Below, piece after piece: positions 9,544-19,448 of a stretch of DNA of 64,000 nt. The DNA is taken from assembly GCA_902565645.1 (NCBI GenBank), contig CACFFJ010000002.1:39105-103104 (forward strand), given 5' to 3'. The translations under genes and the position numbers were made by a program. Position 1 is the stretch's first letter. The number at the start of each line of letters is the position of its first letter. Source of the DNA: an uncultured Candidatus Actinomarina sp. (GTDB lineage: Bacteria; Actinomycetota; Acidimicrobiia; Actinomarinales; Actinomarinaceae). A model generated the notes under the pieces. It ran no database searches and was not told the DNA's origin. It was given only the letters and a program-made list of their open reading frames with translations.

Positions 9544-10423
9544 ATGTCTATAGATTTACATATACATTCAATAAATTCGGATGGTACGGATAAGGTTGAA
9601 AAATTAGTTGAAAAAGCTATAGAAATGGAACTAGAAGCTATTTCAATTACAGATCATGAATACCTAACCATACCTGAAAAAAATAATTTAATTGAAATAA
9701 TTAAAGGAATTGAAGTTAGTGCAAGTTGGGAAGATGTTGAAAAAGATAATAAATATGCAGGGATCCATTTATTAATTTATTTCTTAGAAGAAGAGAGCTC
9801 TTTGAATAAACATTTGGAAAATATTAGGAGTTTAAAGGTTGAGAGAAACAAGGAAATTATAAGTAAATTAAATAAAGAGGGTATAGAGATTAATTATTCA
9901 GACCTCGAGGAATATCCAACAAAAGTACCTGGGAGGCCCCATATAGCCAAAATTATTTATGAAAAAGGATATGTTAATTCTATAAACGAAGCTTTTATAA
10001 AATATTTAGGAAATGGAAAAATAGGTGACTCAAGAAGTCATCAAGAATCGATAGGAAAATTGATTAATCTATCTAAAGAATCTAAGTGTTTAGTGTTTTT
10101 AGCACATCCGCATACTTTGATGAGTAATAAAGAATACTCAAATAATAAAAACTGGATAAATAATGAATTTGTTAAATATCTAGAAAAGCTGAGAACTTTA
10201 GGAATTGACGGGATAGAAACAAATTACTCTAGTTATGGATCAACTATTTCTTCAAACTTAAGTGATCTTGCAAAAAAAATTAAATCTATTAGAGTCTGGG
10301 GGAACAGATTACCATGGTGATCATAAACCAAATATAAATATTGGCTTTGGGTATGAAGATAAGCCTTTAAAAATTCCTTATGAATTTTTACACAAAATGA
10401 AGGAAAAACATGAACAGCTCTAA
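9544..10423 (+). CDS. PHP-domain (polymerase/histidinol-phosphatase-like) metal-dependent phosphoesterase; apparent frameshift in a G5 run near 10298-10302
   Basis: The N-terminus MSIDLHIHSINSDGT...AISITDHE is a PHP signature. The tracked ORF ends at 10320 (..VWGNRLPW*), but the +1 frame continues GTDYHGDHKPNINIGFGYEDKPLKIPYEFLHKMKEKHEQL* to 10423, restoring the conserved C-terminal D-x-H-G of PHP domains. Confidence 0.65.
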
Positions 10424-11906
10424 AAACTTAATTGGGCCAATTTCAATAATTTCTATTGCATACCTAAGTAGTAGATTGCTTGGTTTTTTTCGAGAGATTT
10501 TACTTGCTAAATGGACCGGAGTTTCTTCAGCAGCAGACACTTTAGATTTAGCATTTATAGTGCCTGATTTTTTATTTTATTTGTCAGCAGGTGGATATTT
10601 AGCCATTACTTTAATTCCAATTCTTTCTGATCGAAGCAAAAGAAATAAAGATAGTTTGAATGATTATTTCCTTTCTCTCTTTTATGGATTATCACTTATA
10701 TTTATTTCTATATCGTTAATTTTCTTTCTATTAAGAAGCAATTTGGGAAATTTACTTGAAGTTAAAGATTTAGATCTTTTTCTAAGACTTTTTGGCCCAA
10801 TTGTTTTTAGCCAAGCTTTCTTTTTTATTGGTGCGATTCTTATGTCTTATCAGTACTTCAATAATGATTTTAAATACCCAGCTTTGGCGCCGGTTATTTA
10901 TAATTTTTCAATTATTTTATTTGGATGGTTAAACTCTTCAACACCAGAATCAACTGTCTATGGATTTGCTGTTGGAGGGTTTGTTGGCTCTCTTGTTGGA
11001 CACTTCTTCATTCAGGTAATAGGTGTTCAGAAAAGTGGCTTAAAAATTAAATTTCTTTCACCAAAATTTAATTATATTAAAGAATATTTGACTATTTCAC
11101 TCCCCTTAATTGTTGGACAATCAATAGCAGTAATGGATGAACAGTTGTTTCGAGTTTTTGGTTCCTATTTGGGAGCTGGTACTGTTGCTTCGTTTAGATA
11201 CGCAAGGAGGGTTGTCCTACTCCCAGTAGGTATAGTTGCTCAAGCTGTAGGGGTGGCAAGCTATCCAACTTTATCTAAATTATTTGTAGATGAAAAGTAT
11301 ATCGAATTAAAATTGCTCATTAGAAAACACTTGTCTTCATTGTTTTTGTTTAACGCCTTAATGGCTGTGATTCTAATTGTTAACTCGGAAGAAATAATAA
11401 GCCTTGTTTATGAGAGAGGAAGGTTCACAAGTAGCGATGTTAAAAGAGTATCTTCAATCATGAATATTGTGGCTTTAGGTGTGATTCCTTGGTCGGTTAA
11501 TCAAATAATTACAAGAGCTTATTACGTACAAAAACGTTTTTGGTTCCCCGTAATGGTTGGTACAACAACGACTATTGTTACTGCTATTAGTCTGGTTCTC
11601 AAAAATAATCCAACTGAAATAAGTTATTCAATAATAATTATTTCCTTTTTGTGGGCCTACACAGCTTTTATGTTGTTTTCATTAAAAATTAAGAATGACT
11701 CCTTGCTTGATAATAAATTAATTTATGACATTTTCTGCTCTGTCGTAATTTCTTTGCTTGTATATTCATTTCTCAATTATTTAAGTCTTGATTTTGGAAG
11801 CAATATTTTAAATTTATTTATTTTAAGTATTATTGCTGTATTCTCATTTATAGTGTCTATCAAGGTCTTTAGAATGAAATATGTTAATTTTGAGAGGAGA
11901 AAATAG
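10410..11906 (+). CDS. murJ: lipid II flippase MurJ (MviN)
   Basis: 498 aa polytopic protein. The N-terminus ...SRLLGFFREILLAKWTGVSSAADTLDLAFIVPDFLFYL matches MurJ/MviN. Confidence 0.85.
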   Translation: MNSSKNLIGPISIISIAYLSSRLLGFFREILLAKWTGVSSAADTLDLAFIVPDFLFYLSAGGYLAITLIPILSDRSKRNKDSLNDYFLSLFYGLSLIFISISLIFFLLRSNLGNLLEVKDLDLFLRLFGPIVFSQAFFFIGAILMSYQYFNNDFKYPALAPVIYNFSIILFGWLNSSTPESTVYGFAVGGFVGSLVGHFFIQVIGVQKSGLKIKFLSPKFNYIKEYLTISLPLIVGQSIAVMDEQLFRVFGSYLGAGTVASFRYARRVVLLPVGIVAQAVGVASYPTLSKLFVDEKYIELKLLIRKHLSSLFLFNALMAVILIVNSEEIISLVYERGRFTSSDVKRVSSIMNIVALGVIPWSVNQIITRAYYVQKRFWFPVMVGTTTTIVTAISLVLKNNPTEISYSIIIISFLWAYTAFMLFSLKIKNDSLLDNKLIYDIFCSVVISLLVYSFLNYLSLDFGSNILNLFILSIIAVFSFIVSIKVFRMKYVNFERRK

Positions 11907-12247
11907 TGCAGAAATTTCCACTTAAGAGAGGTCTTTCTGATGCTAAGAGCCTTCATAAAGAAATAGATGAATATATAGATGTTCTAATGGGTCATATAAA
12001 CCCACCCATTTCTGATGGTGTTGATACTTTATTCGAGGTAAGCAGCACCTATCTAGCAAGAGCAAAAGAAATAGAGATTAAATTGCTAGAAAGAGAAAGA
12101 AATGGAACTATACCTACTGGTGATGAGTTAAAAAAATTTAGAACAGGAGAATTAAGAAGTTTTATAGAGCTATGCAAAAGTGCACAAAATCAAGGATCAA
12201 GAAGAATAACTATGGCTTTAAGTGAGTTGAATTTAAAAGAAAATTAA
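11906..12247 (+). CDS. hypothetical protein
   Basis: 113-aa ORF, hydrophilic, no recognised motif; start overlaps the murJ stop. Confidence 0.3.
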   Translation: MQKFPLKRGLSDAKSLHKEIDEYIDVLMGHINPPISDGVDTLFEVSSTYLARAKEIEIKLLERERNGTIPTGDELKKFRTGELRSFIELCKSAQNQGSRRITMALSELNLKEN

Positions 12248-13758
12248 TTTATATCTTCTACGTCAAAAACCTCTTGAGCTGCGTCTACTCCTTTTGATTC
12301 GTTTATCTTTGAATCTTCACTTAGTAAAATTTTAAATTTTACCTCTAATCCCATTTGCTTGGCAACTTCAGAAATTACTAAATCAATTATCTCTTCTGAT
12401 TTTTCTAATTGCTTTAGTAAAAATTCATTATCTTTATCAACAAATAGAGTGATTACTTCCTCATCGCTAACTTCTGGTATTACAGCTGTTAGGTAGGAAA
12501 ATTTTCTTGGGGAGAGCTTATCTCTAAGTTCTTCAAGTATCTTTGGCCAATATACATCAAAGTTTTCTATTGACGCCTTTTTAATATTCTTTTTATTTTT
12601 CTTTGGTTTAGGGTTCTCAACTTTTTCTTCTTTTACAGTTTCTATTTCTTGATTGTCATCTATAGGCGAGTTTGTAAATTTTCCCTCAAGCAAATCAACC
12701 CTGTATCCAATAGATTTAACGTCTGAACCAAGCTCTGGTTTTATAATTTTCATCATAAAAAGCTCAAGTTTTAAATGCATAGATGAAGTTGTTAATATCA
12801 CAGTGCTTATTTCATCAATCAAGTCAAGTATTCGTACCAGCTGTTTTGCTGATATTTTCTTGTCTGCCTGTTCTAGTAATTTTCTCAGCTCTGGAGTAAG
12901 GGAACTTAATTTATTGTCATCTGGTAAATATTTCAGATAGAAAAGATTCCTAAAGAACTCTGAAACTGAGTCGACAATGTCTGTTGGTTGTAGTCCTTTT
13001 GAGTAGGCGTCTCTAATAACACTTAAAACAGAAGCTGTATCCTGAGTCTCTACAGAGTTTATTATTATTTCGAATTCCTTAGAGCTCAATTTACCTAATA
13101 AGCTAAAAAGATCATCTACAGAAGCTTTTGATCCAAAAGTATTTTCTGTTTGTTCGTATAAGTTTATTGAATCTCTAAGTGAGCCATCCGAAAAATTAGC
13201 AATCATTTTTACTACTTCACTGTCTAGATTAATTCCCTCTTTTTTTCCTATCTTTTTTAAAGTTTTAATTATTTCATCTTCACTTATCTTTTTAAAAGCT
13301 ATTTGTGTTGTGCGGCTTTTGATTGTTTCAAGTACTCTTTCTGGTTCAGTTGTAGCGAGTATAAATATAATGTGTTCTGGTGGCTCTTCTAATGTTTTTA
13401 AAAAAGCATTAGATGCTGCATTCGATAACATATGAACCTCGTCTAGTATGAATAATCTTTTTTTACCTGGACTACTTGCAATGAAGTTAACGCTCTCGTT
13501 CATTTCTCGTATATCTTCAACTTTATTGTGGGATGCTGCGTCTATTTCTGAAACATCAAAAATTGGATCACAGCCTAGCTGGGTGGCTATGATTCTTGCT
13601 AAAGATGTCTTACCAACACCTCTAGGTCCAGAAAAAAGGTAGGCATGGCCAAGATTATCTTTTTCAATTTGATTCTTAATTAAAGAAACTGCTTCTTCCT
13701 GTCCCACTAGTTCTGACAATTTTGTAGGTCTGTATTTTCTATATAATGCTTTTTTCAT
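12244..13758 (-). CDS. dnaX: DNA polymerase III subunit gamma/tau
   Basis: YRKYRPTKLSELVGQE...GPRGVGKTSLARIIA (AAA+ clamp-loader Walker A); 504 aa. Confidence 0.9.
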   Translation of the reverse strand: MKKALYRKYRPTKLSELVGQEEAVSLIKNQIEKDNLGHAYLFSGPRGVGKTSLARIIATQLGCDPIFDVSEIDAASHNKVEDIREMNESVNFIASSPGKKRLFILDEVHMLSNAASNAFLKTLEEPPEHIIFILATTEPERVLETIKSRTTQIAFKKISEDEIIKTLKKIGKKEGINLDSEVVKMIANFSDGSLRDSINLYEQTENTFGSKASVDDLFSLLGKLSSKEFEIIINSVETQDTASVLSVIRDAYSKGLQPTDIVDSVSEFFRNLFYLKYLPDDNKLSSLTPELRKLLEQADKKISAKQLVRILDLIDEISTVILTTSSMHLKLELFMMKIIKPELGSDVKSIGYRVDLLEGKFTNSPIDDNQEIETVKEEKVENPKPKKNKKNIKKASIENFDVYWPKILEELRDKLSPRKFSYLTAVIPEVSDEEVITLFVDKDNEFLLKQLEKSEEIIDLVISEVAKQMGLEVKFKILLSEDSKINESKGVDAAQEVFDVEDIN

Positions 13759-13817
13759 ATTATCAAATGGTAATAGTTTCCTTCTCTATAGTGCACCTAA
13801 GAATTAAACTTAGTCAA

Positions 13818-14363
13818 ATGAGAATAGGAGTAGATTTAGATGGAGTTGTGGCAAACTTCACTAAAGGCTGGACAAAATATTACGAAGAAGAGTTTGGTAA
13901 AAAAATCTTAGAAGAAGACATAACAAGCTGGGGGCTTTCAGAACCTTTAACACATTTTAAAGAAGAGATAGATTTTTGGAAATGGGCTAAAAATATAAAC
14001 GGTGCTTCTATTTTTCGAAATTTAGAGGTTTATGAAAATGCTGTTGAGACTTTAAACGAACTATCTAAATCAGGGAACGACATAATTATTTTATCTTCTA
14101 AACCTTGGTGGTCAATTCATGATACTTTAATCTGGCTTGGTGAAAATAAAATACCAACAAAAGAAATTCATTTTATAGAAGAAAAATGGACTGTCGAATG
14201 TGATGTCTATATAGATGACGCACCATACCAATTAGAGAGTTTTATTAAACATGTTCCTGAAAAAAAAGTAATCAGATTTGTTAGGAGTTACAATACTCCA
14301 ATAAATGGCGTAATTGATATCAAAGAATGGAGAGAATTAATCCCTTTATTAAATAGCTTTTAG
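13818..14363 (+). CDS. 5'(3')-deoxyribonucleotidase-like HAD-family nucleotidase
   Basis: MRIGVDLDGVVANF is the HAD motif I of the NT5C-type deoxyribonucleotidase family. The ORF track starts upstream at 13746; the ATG at 13818 is more plausible because it is divergent from the dnaX start. Confidence 0.55.
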   Translation: MRIGVDLDGVVANFTKGWTKYYEEEFGKKILEEDITSWGLSEPLTHFKEEIDFWKWAKNINGASIFRNLEVYENAVETLNELSKSGNDIIILSSKPWWSIHDTLIWLGENKIPTKEIHFIEEKWTVECDVYIDDAPYQLESFIKHVPEKKVIRFVRSYNTPINGVIDIKEWRELIPLLNSF

Positions 14364-14379
14364 TGTTTAAGGTAAAAAT

Positions 14380-15357
14380 GTGAATGATTCATTTATATTG
14401 AGAGACCGTAGCTGGAGAGAAGCTAATGAAAGAGTTACTTTGTCTTCTAACGCTACATTTTCAAGCAACTCTAAAGGTAGAGAGGTAGACGAAGAGCCTG
14501 ATTTATTTAGAACAGCCTTTGAGAGAGATAGGGATAGGATTATTCACTCAAAAGCCTTTCGAAGGCTAAAGCATAAAACGCAAGTATTTATTAACCCTGA
14601 TGGAGATCATTTCATCACAAGAATGACTCATACACTACAAGTTACTCAAGTTGGTAGGTCAATAGCAAAGACACTAGGGTTAAATCCTGACCTAACTGAA
14701 GCAATATGTCTTGGTCATGATGTTGGTCATTCCCCTTTTGGGCATACAGGTGAGGATGTTCTGAATGAAATGCTAGAAGGTGGGTGGAGTCATTCGGAAA
14801 ATTCAGTAAAAATATTTAAGCAAATAGAACCCCTAAATCTTACCCTTGAAACTCTTAATGGTATAAATTTTCATCCATGGAAGTACGAAGAGCCTCCGGA
14901 AACACCAGAAGGAATGGTTTGTCGTTTTTCTGATAGGATTGCATATTTAACACATGATGTAGAAGATGCAATTAGAGCAAGTGTATTAAAGGTTGATGAT
15001 ATCCCAAAAAAAATAACTAACACATTAGGATCTCCTGGAAAACAATGGATAAACAATTTAATATCTGGTGTATTCAAAGCTTCCTCAAATGAAAAAATAG
15101 ATATGGATACTGAAATTTTAGAATGCATGAATGAATTAAGAGCTTTTATGTTTGATAAAGTCTATCTGAGAGAAGAAACTAACGAAGAGAGGATAAAAGC
15201 AAAAGAAGTAGTTCAAAAACTTGTATCACATTTTGAAAAAAATCCAGACATACTTCCTGAGCAGTATATAAATAGTCAAACAAATTTAGAAAATGCTGTC
15301 GATTATGTAGCTGGCATGACTGATAGATATGCTTTAAAAGTATTTAAAGAATTATAA
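14380..15357 (+). CDS. dgt: dGTPase-like HD-domain deoxynucleoside triphosphate triphosphohydrolase
   Basis: RDRDRIIHSKAFRRLKHKTQVF ... RMTHTLQVTQVGRSIA ... GHDVGHSPFGH are diagnostic dGTPase/HD motifs. Confidence 0.8.
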   Translation: MNDSFILRDRSWREANERVTLSSNATFSSNSKGREVDEEPDLFRTAFERDRDRIIHSKAFRRLKHKTQVFINPDGDHFITRMTHTLQVTQVGRSIAKTLGLNPDLTEAICLGHDVGHSPFGHTGEDVLNEMLEGGWSHSENSVKIFKQIEPLNLTLETLNGINFHPWKYEEPPETPEGMVCRFSDRIAYLTHDVEDAIRASVLKVDDIPKKITNTLGSPGKQWINNLISGVFKASSNEKIDMDTEILECMNELRAFMFDKVYLREETNEERIKAKEVVQKLVSHFEKNPDILPEQYINSQTNLENAVDYVAGMTDRYALKVFKEL

Positions 15358-16173
15358 TTATTTACCTTTAAACTTAGGCTCTCTTTTTTCCATTAAGGCA
15401 AAGATACCTTCTTTTAAATCCTCAGATGTTAAAAAAGAAGTACTCCACATTCTTACTAGGTCTAATGACTGATCTGCGGTTAGTTCTTCGCCTTTATCAA
15501 GCATCATTTTTACTCCTTTTACTACTAATGGTGAGTTAGAAGCTATCTCTTTAGCGAGATCCATTGCCCCATTCATCAACTCTTCATGTGTGTCAAAAAT
15601 ATGATTTACAAAACCAATCTCTTTTGCATACTCCGCATCAAAGGTCTTACCCGTGTAAGCAAGCTCTCTAAGTACTCCTTTAGAGATAATTTTTGGCATT
15701 CTTTGCAGGGCTCCTACGTCGGCAACTAAGCCAAGCTTTGATTCTCCAATTGAAAATTTGGCATCTTTTGTTGAGAGTCTAATGTCACAAGATGCAACCA
15801 GATTAGTTGCACCACCTATGCTAAACCCTTGAATAGCAGCAATTGTTGGTTTTTTAGTTTTTGCAACAGAAGTGAATGCATCTTGAAATTTCTTTGTTAT
15901 TTCCATTATTTCTAGTCTTTCTTCTGCATTGGTTCTTAGGTCTTCATTCAAATCAAAGGCTTCTACAAGTAAATTTATGTCTATACCTGCAGAAAAGGTG
16001 TCACCTTTTGCTGCCAAAATAATTACCATAACATCGTCGTTTTGATCTAATTCTTTAACTAGTTCTGGTAAGCCAAACCATAACTCATCATTTAAAGCGT
16101 TTTTTTTCTCAGGACGATTAAGCCATATTGTTCCTATGTTGTCTTTTATTTCTGAAAAAATTTTTTTATCCAT
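15358..16173 (-). CDS. enoyl-CoA hydratase/isomerase (crotonase) family protein
   Basis: 271 aa with a crotonase-fold oxyanion region (AAIQGFSIGGATNLVASCDIRL ... GESKLGLVADVG). Confidence 0.75.
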   Translation of the reverse strand: MDKKIFSEIKDNIGTIWLNRPEKKNALNDELWFGLPELVKELDQNDDVMVIILAAKGDTFSAGIDINLLVEAFDLNEDLRTNAEERLEIMEITKKFQDAFTSVAKTKKPTIAAIQGFSIGGATNLVASCDIRLSTKDAKFSIGESKLGLVADVGALQRMPKIISKGVLRELAYTGKTFDAEYAKEIGFVNHIFDTHEELMNGAMDLAKEIASNSPLVVKGVKMMLDKGEELTADQSLDLVRMWSTSFLTSEDLKEGIFALMEKREPKFKGK

Positions 16174-16207
16174 ACTTACCTAAATTCTATCTTACTAAAA
16201 TAACAAA

Positions 16208-16867
16208 ATGGATGTATTTGAAGCTCTTTACACAACAAGAGCTATGCGAAGAGTTAAAGAAGACCCTATACCTGAAGAAATAATTAAAACTATGGTTGAT
16301 GCTGCAATAAGAGCGCCCAGTGGGTCTAATCGTCAAGGTTGGAAATTCCTCGTTGTAACAGACCCAAATATTAGAAAACAATTAGGAGACGTCTACAGGG
16401 AAACATGGGATTATTACATGAAAGAATTCTACGGAGGAAAACCGGATCTAGGTGCATCAGAAGTTGGAGACGATGAAAAAGCAAATCAAGTTATACGAAT
16501 AAGTAAGTCTGCAGGTTGGTTGGCAGAGAATTTTCATAAAGTTCCTGTACATTTTGTTATTTTATCTAGAAATGATCCAACAGGTTCATCAATATTTCCT
16601 GCTACATGGAGTCTAATGTTGGCTGGAAGAGCGCATGGTGTAGGAACCTGTTTAACAACTGTTATGTCTTTTAAGCAAAAAGAAGCTTTTGAAATACTTG
16701 GTGTTCCTGATGATAAAGGTTGGACTCTTAATGCAGTTGTAACTGCAGGTTATCCATTAGGAAAATGGGGTGTTGCTGAGAGGAATCCTGTTGATGAAGT
16801 TACATATTTAGATAAATGGGGAAATTCACCAAATTGGAGTCTAGATGAACCTCTCTGGAACTATTAA
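16208..16867 (+). CDS. nitroreductase-family protein
   Basis: TRAMRRVKEDPIPEEIIKTMVDAAIRAPSGSNRQGWKFLVV is the classic nitroreductase N-terminal signature. Confidence 0.7.
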   Translation: MDVFEALYTTRAMRRVKEDPIPEEIIKTMVDAAIRAPSGSNRQGWKFLVVTDPNIRKQLGDVYRETWDYYMKEFYGGKPDLGASEVGDDEKANQVIRISKSAGWLAENFHKVPVHFVILSRNDPTGSSIFPATWSLMLAGRAHGVGTCLTTVMSFKQKEAFEILGVPDDKGWTLNAVVTAGYPLGKWGVAERNPVDEVTYLDKWGNSPNWSLDEPLWNY

Positions 16868-16907
16868 GGGAATACAGCAGAACGTATTTTACTTAATATA
16901 ATTATTC

Positions 16908-18497
16908 ATGATATTTAATAGTCCAAAAATTGGCACTTCTTATTTATTAGTTGGAATTTTTCTTATCTTTACAACTTTAATTTACAATATCCAAACCCCT
17001 GATCCTGCTCCAGTCGTTGCAGATCCTGACCCTGCTCCAGTCGTTGCAGATCCTGACCCTGCTCCAGTTACTCCGACTCCTGACCCAACTCCCGATCCAA
17101 CACCTGAGCCAGATGAAGACGATGATGACGACACTGGTAGTACAGTTACACCGCCTGTGGACCCAGCAGAGAGGCTATTCTCCTGGGACAATCCAGCAGG
17201 CATCTCACAAGCATTACTACATACTCTTATACCTGACACTACGTCGGAGTTCATCTCCACAGGCCTGTACGTCCATAATGACATTGAATGGGGTATGCCA
17301 CATGAAAACGATAATAGGGTTGGTTCGAACTATAAACTCACATACGAGTACACAAGCGTAGAAAGTGTTCCTTGGTCAGAGTCAGATATTCACAGTGAAG
17401 ACTGCTCAAGATATGCAGATAGTTGGGAAATCGAAGCATGGTGCGACGTAGTACTAAAAGATAGATCATATTGGGGAGTAACCCTTGAAGCGTTCACTGA
17501 AGGAAATGACACAATCGTACGACCAAGAAGCATCCGACAGCGGGGACTACCTAGCCTTAACTACGCAACTGGTTGGTACGACAGCTGGTGCTCCTCAAAC
17601 TATGAATCTCTCATAGTTACACATAACAGCCCAACAGTTACTAACAAAAACGCAGTACACCCAACGACAGGGTTGGAAGCACGCTTAGGATCATGCTCCC
17701 TTTCATACCAAGCAGACGTTGAAGCTAACTACATCGACCCTCTCATGGATGCGATTGTAAACATCATGCCTACAGATATTAAAAACTTCATTGATTGGTT
17801 CAATGTGGACATCAGTACTTCATGCCGACTTAGGGACTTACAAAAAGATCCACTGTCAGTAGAGTTCCTTCGAGAAGAAGAGTTCGGAACATACACGATG
17901 TGTGCTGGGCCTGTTTCTTACTTCGCTTGGGAACCTCACCAATGGATAAGTACTAACTCTGTTACATCTAACGGGGCAGCTGCATGGTACTTGAGCGGCG
18001 ATGATAGGTACTACGAACAAACCGCTATCAATGTTGGTGGTCACCTCGATACACGCCACTGGGACGGCCACACAGATACACCTAACATGAATGCTTTGAC
18101 AACCGCAGTAATGCACGAAGTTGCGCACGCTATTGACTCAGCTGTTGCTCAGAATCGCCTTCCTGCCTACTCAAACTCTTGTGGTGACTCACTAGGTTGG
18201 GGTGGTGGAGATTACAACTCTGCAAGAAGAGCACGCCTCACAGGATTCTCAAACAACAACAACATGAATCCGCTTAACCCTCTCGAAGTGGCTGCAGAAG
18301 TTCTCCGCAACTATGCAATGAACGAATCATGGGGAATTCCATTCGAAACTGGAAGATTCATACAACAAACTGGTACCTCTTACTACGCAGTAGGTGAAGA
18401 CATATACGATCAGCCTTACGCTAAAGACTGGGCTGCTTGGGTACTAAATGAAGGACTCTCTTGTGTCCAATCTCGACTGGATACGTTTGGCGGTTAA
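16908..18497 (+). CDS. secreted Cys-rich protein with N-terminal signal/anchor, PDPAPVVADP tandem repeats, a poly-Asp tract and a HExxH motif (putative zinc metallopeptidase of unassigned family)
   Basis: 529 aa. The hydrophobic N-terminus is followed by a Pro/Asp-rich repeat linker. HEVAH lies at ~aa 400 with a Glu ~45 aa downstream. It has >=10 Cys. The nucleotide composition is visibly GC-richer than its neighbours. Confidence 0.45.
   Translation: MIFNSPKIGTSYLLVGIFLIFTTLIYNIQTPDPAPVVADPDPAPVVADPDPAPVTPTPDPTPDPTPEPDEDDDDDTGSTVTPPVDPAERLFSWDNPAGISQALLHTLIPDTTSEFISTGLYVHNDIEWGMPHENDNRVGSNYKLTYEYTSVESVPWSESDIHSEDCSRYADSWEIEAWCDVVLKDRSYWGVTLEAFTEGNDTIVRPRSIRQRGLPSLNYATGWYDSWCSSNYESLIVTHNSPTVTNKNAVHPTTGLEARLGSCSLSYQADVEANYIDPLMDAIVNIMPTDIKNFIDWFNVDISTSCRLRDLQKDPLSVEFLREEEFGTYTMCAGPVSYFAWEPHQWISTNSVTSNGAAAWYLSGDDRYYEQTAINVGGHLDTRHWDGHTDTPNMNALTTAVMHEVAHAIDSAVAQNRLPAYSNSCGDSLGWGGGDYNSARRARLTGFSNNNNMNPLNPLEVAAEVLRNYAMNESWGIPFETGRFIQQTGTSYYAVGEDIYDQPYAKDWAAWVLNEGLSCVQSRLDTFGG
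17001..17075 (+). repeat. 30-nt coding tandem repeat (PDPAPVVADP) x ~2.5 within the 16908-18497 gene
   Basis: gatcctgaccctgctccagtcgttgca repeats directly in the sequence. Confidence 0.8.
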
Positions 18498-18540
18498 GAA
18501 GCATGATAAATTTGATGCTTACTTTTAATTATTTAGAAAG

Positions 18541-18614
18541 CGCGCCCGGAGGGAGTCGAACCCCCAACCTTCTGATCCGTAGTCAGATGCTCTATCCAGT
18601 TAAGCTACAGGCGC
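18541..18614 (-). tRNA. tRNA-Arg (anticodon ACG)
   Basis: The reverse complement folds as a cloverleaf: acceptor gcgcctg/cgggcgc, anticodon loop cuACGga, T-arm GGTTCGACTCC. No encoded CCA. Confidence 0.8.
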
Positions 18615-18615
18615 T

Positions 18616-18707
<92 letters not shown>

Positions 18708-18714
18708 AAGTTTG

Positions 18715-18800
18715 CGGAGGGAGTGGGATTCGAACCCACGGTATGGAATACATACAATAGTTTTCAAGACTATCGCCTTCGTCCGCTCGGCCATCCCTCC
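18715..18800 (-). tRNA. tRNA-Ser (anticodon TGA)
   Basis: The reverse complement starts GGAGGGATGGCCGAGCGG. The anticodon loop is cuUGAaa (reads UCA, so not tRNA-Sec) with a long variable arm. Confidence 0.75.
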
Positions 18801-18820
18801 TAAAAGGTTTTATTCTTTTG

Positions 18821-18909
18821 CGGAGGGAGAGGGATTCGAACCCTCGAAGGGGATAAACCCTTACACGCTTTCCAAGCGTGCGCACTAGGCCAGACTATGC
18901 GATCCCTCC
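18821..18909 (-). tRNA. tRNA-Ser (anticodon GGA)
   Basis: The reverse complement starts GGAGGGATCGCATAGTCTGG. The anticodon loop is uuGGAaa with a long variable arm and T-arm GGTTCGAATCC. Confidence 0.75.
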
Positions 18910-18937
18910 GAAAAAAAATTTCAGTATGTTATTTTAG

Positions 18938-19396
18938 TTACCTCTTGTTTTCAAAGAAAGAAGTTAATAATTCTTCTGACTCCTCTCGTAATACTCCATC
19001 AGTAATATCAGTGTAATGATTTAATCTTTTATCTTGCGGAATGTTATATAAAGTAAATGCAGAACCAGATTTTTCGTTAGGAGTACTGTATATCAGCCTT
19101 TTTACCCTTGCATTAACTATGGCTCCAGCACACATTGGGTCTGGTTCTAGAGTGACTGCAATTGTTGTACCTTCTAATCTCCATGTTTTATATTCTTTTG
19201 ATGCAGCTTTAAGTACAAGCAGTTCTGCATGTGCTGTTGGGTCTTGGTCTATTTCCCTTCTGTTGTGGTTAGCAGCAATAAGCTCATCTTTTTCATTAAA
19301 TAATGCAGCTCCAACAGGAATTTCATCTTTATCGTATGCGAGTTTTGCCTGTTCTAAAGCTACTTTCATCTTGTCAGTGTCAGATACATACTTCAT
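18938..19396 (-). CDS. tadA: tRNA-specific adenosine deaminase
   Basis: HAELLVLKAAS (HAE zinc ligand) and EPDPMCAGAI (PCxxC). 152 aa, adjacent to the tRNA-Arg(ACG) substrate gene, which is the conserved actinobacterial arrangement. Confidence 0.85.
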   Translation of the reverse strand: MKYVSDTDKMKVALEQAKLAYDKDEIPVGAALFNEKDELIAANHNRREIDQDPTAHAELLVLKAASKEYKTWRLEGTTIAVTLEPDPMCAGAIVNARVKRLIYSTPNEKSGSAFTLYNIPQDKRLNHYTDITDGVLREESEELLTSFFENKR

Positions 19397-19448
19397 TTGT
19401 TTCCTCAGTAAATTACTCTTGGTTTGTAAGGCATATTAAACTTGCAGA

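Noticed and set aside
16982-17361. ORFs 16982-17284 (minus) and 17017-17361 (plus) overlapping the start of the 529-aa gene
   Set aside because: They lie over the Pro/Asp-repeat DNA, where low-complexity repeats keep alternative frames open by chance. Their translations (GSG/LLQL runs) are non-protein-like, and the 529-aa frame has the coherent signal-linker-domain architecture.
18715-18800. The possibility that the tRNA with anticodon loop cuUGAaa is tRNA-Sec, supporting the selenoprotein call
   Set aside because: Anticodon TGA decodes UCA (serine). tRNA-Sec requires anticodon UCA (DNA TCA) and an 8-bp acceptor stem. This is an ordinary class II tRNA-Ser.
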